Shown: in pieces, positions 60,205-64,000 of the stretch
Layout of the letters: the number at the start of each line of letters is the position of its first letter
How positions within the stretch are numbered: the stretch's first letter is position 1
NCBI GenBank assembly: GCA_977017645.1
Contig: OZ360236.1
Location: 44,826,001 to 44,890,000 of the forward strand
DNA length: 64,000 nucleotides
Reading direction: 5' to 3'
Origin: Torpedo marmorata
Taxonomy: Eukaryota
Notes under the pieces: model-generated
What the model saw: the letters and a program-made list of their open reading frames with translations, nothing else
Told to the model about the DNA's origin: nothing
Databases searched by the model: none
Translations under genes and position numbers: made by a program

Positions 60205-63200
60205 CAGAGATCTGGGTCTCAATACCCCACTGTGTAATTGATTTCTAGTTTTCCTCACCTCCAGAGCCCAATCCGTGCAGATTGGAAAAAAACATCTCCA
60301 TCACCACTGGAGCACCACAGGGCTGTGTATTTATCCACCTGGTCTACTCGCTTTACACCTAATGCCGTGTGGCTCGGTATGACAACAACACCATTTACAA
60401 ATTTGCTGATGATACCACAGCAGAGGGCTGTATTAAAAGGGGCAACAAATCAGCATACAGGAGAGAGATTGAAACTTGGCTGAATGGTGTACTAACAAGA
60501 ACCTCTCACTCAATGTCACCAAAAGAAGGAGCCTATTGTAGACTTTAGGAAGGGAAAACTAGTGGTGTGCAATCTGGTGATCACTGGGGATCAGACGTGG
60601 AGAGGGTGAGCAAATTTAAATTCCAGGAGTCGCTATCTTGGAGGACATTTCATGGACCCAACATACTGATGTCATCATGAAGAAAGCATGTCAGTGCCCC
60701 TACTTCCTTCGGAGTATGTGGAGGTTCGGTATGACATCGGAAACTTTGGCAAACTTCTACAGATGTGTAGTGTAAGGTGTGCTGACTGGCTGCATCATGG
60801 CCTGGTATGGGGGCACCAATACCTCAGAGCGGAAAGCCCTCAAAAGGTAGTGGACACAGCCCAGTACATCACAGGCACAACTCTAGCCACCATCTGGACA
60901 ATCTTTGTGGAACACTGCTGTCGTAGAGCAGCAGCAGTCATCAAGGATCCACACCACCCAGGACATGCTGTGTTTTCACTACTGCCTTCAAGAAAGTGGT
61001 ATAGGTGTCACAAGACCTGTACCACCAGATTCAGGAACAGTTGCTACCCCTCCCAAACCTTTTCACCTACCAACATTTTTCCTTTTATGTTTAACTCCAA
61101 ATCTATATCCTACCATTTCCTCCCCTATCCATCTGATCCTGGGATTTATGTCCATCCCTTCCAATTTCTTCCCCTCAAATCTTCATCTCAATATAAACAC
61201 ATCACTCTCATCCAGACCACGTTGCCTGATAATTGTTACCTTCAAACAAATCATCAGACTCCTAAACAACCGACTCAATCAGAGACTCATTTAAGGATTG
61301 TTATTTTGCACATTATTTTTTTTTTTTGGAATATTTTATTTAAAATTTTAATAATACAGTTTTACCCCATCCCTTCTCCCCCTCCCCCAACCCCCCCCCT
61401 TCAAAATATGTATTTATATCACAAATATCTATACATTAAAAAAAATATAGAAAAAAAAAGAAGAAATAAATTTTTGGATTGCACAGAGGAGCACTGCTCG
61501 TGACATATCTCAAAATATCATATAAATACATTTAGAGGATGATCTCGCAATTCTGGAGGCGTATAAAACACCTTTACAGATTTAATCTCATTATTTGGGT
61601 GTACGGGCACCATATTTGCAAAAAAGTGGAATATTTATTCCTCAAGTTATATGTAATTTTTTCTAAAGGAATACAACTTTGAATTTCAGTATGCTACCTT
61701 TGCATATCCAAGGACATATCGGATTTCCAAATCACAGCAATACATTTCCTCGCTACTGCTAAAGCTGGTTTAACAAATACCAGTTGATAATTTGATAGTT
61801 TCAATTTAAGTCTTGCACCCTCAATATTCCCTTAAAGAGCTAAATCGGGGGTTTGTGGAAATACAATTCTTGTAACTTGTTCTGAAAAATTTCGTATATC
61901 TAGACAAAAGGTTTTTAGCTTGGGGCAAGACCAAGTTGAATGTATAAAAGAACCTGCATCTTCACTACATCTAAAACATTGATCAGATAGTTCTGGTTTT
62001 ATTTTATGTAACTTCTGTGGTGTCAGATATAACTGATGCAAAAAATTATATTGAACTAATCTATATTTTACATTTATAGTATTAGTCATAGAGTCTTACA
62101 TAAATGTTCCCATATTTGTTGATTGATTGTAATATTTAAATCTATTTCCCATCTCTGTCTAGATCTATTTAACCCTTGTTTAGGAGCTCCAGCTTGTAGT
62201 AATTCATAAATCTTAGAAGTAAATTTTTTAACAATTCCTCTCCTAATCAAGAGTTCTACTTCATTACATCTAGGTGAAGATATAGTTGGTCTCAATTTAT
62301 CTCTCAAATATGCTTTTAATTGAAAATAACAAAAATAAAGTATTTTGTGGTATGGCATATTTGTTCCTCAACCGTACAAATGACATTAATTGACCTCTTT
62401 CATAACAATCTTCAAGATTTACAATCCCATTACGGTACCAAATATTCAAAAATTGATTATCTCTTGAAAAAGCTATAATGGATTTTGATTTAATGGCACT
62501 TTGGGCGATATGGATCCCTTTATTCCAATTTCATCTTTTATTTTATTCCAAATATTAAGTAAATGTTTCAATAATGGTATATCTTTACCAGCAGTTATCA
62601 GTTTTGGTTCCCATTTATATATAAAATTTTCTGCTATCTTTTCTCCTATGTTGTTCAGTTCTATATTTACACACGTTACTTTTTTTTCTTTGAAAAAAGA
62701 TGCAAGAAATCTCATTTGAGCAGCTCGATAATAATTTTTAAAATTAGGAAGTTGTGAACCTCCTAATTCATATTTCCATGTTAATCTTTTCATAGAGACT
62801 CTTGACATTTTATCTTTCCATAGAAATGTTTTTACATGTTTATTTAATTCTTGAAAGAATTTCTGAGGAATTAAAATGGGTAATGTTTGGAAGAGATATT
62901 GTATTCTTGGAAATATATTCTTCTTTATACAATTAACTTGTCTGACTAAATTTATAGGTAAATTAATCCATTTTAAAAAATCTTCATCAATTTTTTAAAG
63001 TAATAATAAGTATTTCAATTTATATAAATTTTTCAAATTATTATCTGTACATATACCGAAGTATTTAATACCCTCTTTTGGCCATTTAAACTGAGTACCT
63101 GTCTGACAATGTGTATAATCACCTTCCGTCAATGACATTATTTCACTTTTATCCCAATTTATTTTATAGTCCAAAACCTTTCCATATTCCTCCAGTTGAA

Positions 63201-63580
63201 TACATAGTCTTCGTAAAGATATTTCAGGATCAGTCAGATATATTAAAATATCATCTGCAAATAAACTGATTTTATGTTCTTCTTGACCTATCCTAAAACC
63301 CTTAATTTGTAATTTGTGACTCCTAAACATCGACTCAATCAGAGACTCATTTAAGGATTCTTATTTTGCACATTATTTATTACTGAATATTTATTGTTAT
63401 TTGTATTTGAACAATTTGTTTACTTTTCTTTCATTGTTTACATTTCTCTCTTTTGTATACGTACCTTTTTCTTGAGTACAGTTTACACGATCGATAAGTA
63501 GAAATTCTGCCTAGCTGCAGGAAAAGAATCCCAGGGTTGTATGTGACGTCATGTATGTACTCTGACAATAAATTTAAACT
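60205..63580 (+). mobile_element. Rex1/Babar 3' part (RT end 60205-61270; 3'UTR resumes at 63318 after a nested L1)
   Basis: [28 protein letters not shown] and TRFRNSCYPS; tail TGACAATAAA at ~63565. Confidence 0.82.
61319..63317 (-). mobile_element. L1 (family B-related), 5'-truncated, with a very long TSD
   Basis: SLFADDIL, GGSQLPNF and CFRC..HSTWSCP; tail AATAAAATATTCC-A(n); 61-62 bp duplication at 61257-61318 and 63318-63378. Confidence 0.9.
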
Positions 63581-63594
63581 TGATCTTCAATTTG

Positions 63595-63690
63595 AACTTG
63601 AGTACCTGTTTGGCTGCAGCAAGTAACAATTTTGGTGCATATGTACATTGCACTTATGTATATGACAATAAACTCATGATTATGATTATC
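63595..63690 (+). repeat. Additional Rex1-type tail
   Basis: ..TATGACAATAAACTC(ATGATT)n. Confidence 0.55.
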
Positions 63691-63927
63691 CTCTCATTGC
63701 CTTTGAACTACTCCATCTCTTTTCCCTCTCACCCACCACTCTTTCTATCATTTCTTCACCTTCACCATGCTACGTGCCTCCCTTCATTTCTACTTATTAT
63801 TTTATTTACTCTTCTCTTCTCTGGCCCCCCTTTTCACATTTCCACTCTTCACCGCATTCGCTATGAACTTCTTTGGTGGAAATTTTTCGAGACACCATGT
63901 AGCTGTGAAAGGTACTAAATAAATAGA

Positions 63928-64000
63928 ATAAAAACAGAAAATGCTGGAAACAATCAACAGTTCAGGCAACATCTGTGGGAAAGAGAAAAGGAGTTAATGT
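63928..64000 (-). repeat. Penelope-type terminal repeat fragment
   Basis: AAAATGCTGGAAAC..CAGGCAACATCTGTGG is similar to 52365-52400 and 53390-53460. Confidence 0.6.

Noticed and set aside
60688-61503. 271-aa ORF as a host gene
   Set aside because: A mosaic of Rex1 RT end, an insert, Rex1 UTR and antisense L1 tail.

Overview
This is a eukaryotic (vertebrate) window made almost entirely of transposable elements, and I found no recognisable host gene. The repeat set (CR1 with an esterase ORF1, Rex1/Babar, V-SINE, Penelope terminal repeats, fish-type L1) suggests a cartilaginous fish such as a ray or shark; this is inference only. Contents: at least three L1-clade LINE families (labelled A, B, C here), including one TSD-bounded full-length copy and two 5'-inverted (twin-primed) copies; three CR1 LINEs, one a single frameshift from intact; several Rex1/Babar copies; a BEL/Pao gag-protease remnant; a Gmr1-type Gypsy provirus (two LTRs, tRNA-Pro PBS, integrase before RT, RT deleted); two solo LTRs; a Tc1 remnant; hAT-type MITEs; SINEs; and Penelope terminal repeats with minimal hammerhead-ribozyme motifs. 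Nesting is deep and much of it can be reconstructed from target-site duplications (TSDs). The most notable observations are a paired NRF1-like palindrome conserved inside ORF1 of two L1 families with very short 5'UTRs, a recurrent TTCTT/R L1 target site, twin-priming inversions (one missing about 3.4 kb), a 61-62 bp TSD, hammerhead motifs, and an approximately 0.8 kb non-coding retroposon with a Rex1-like tail. No database searches were run, so family names rest on motif recognition.
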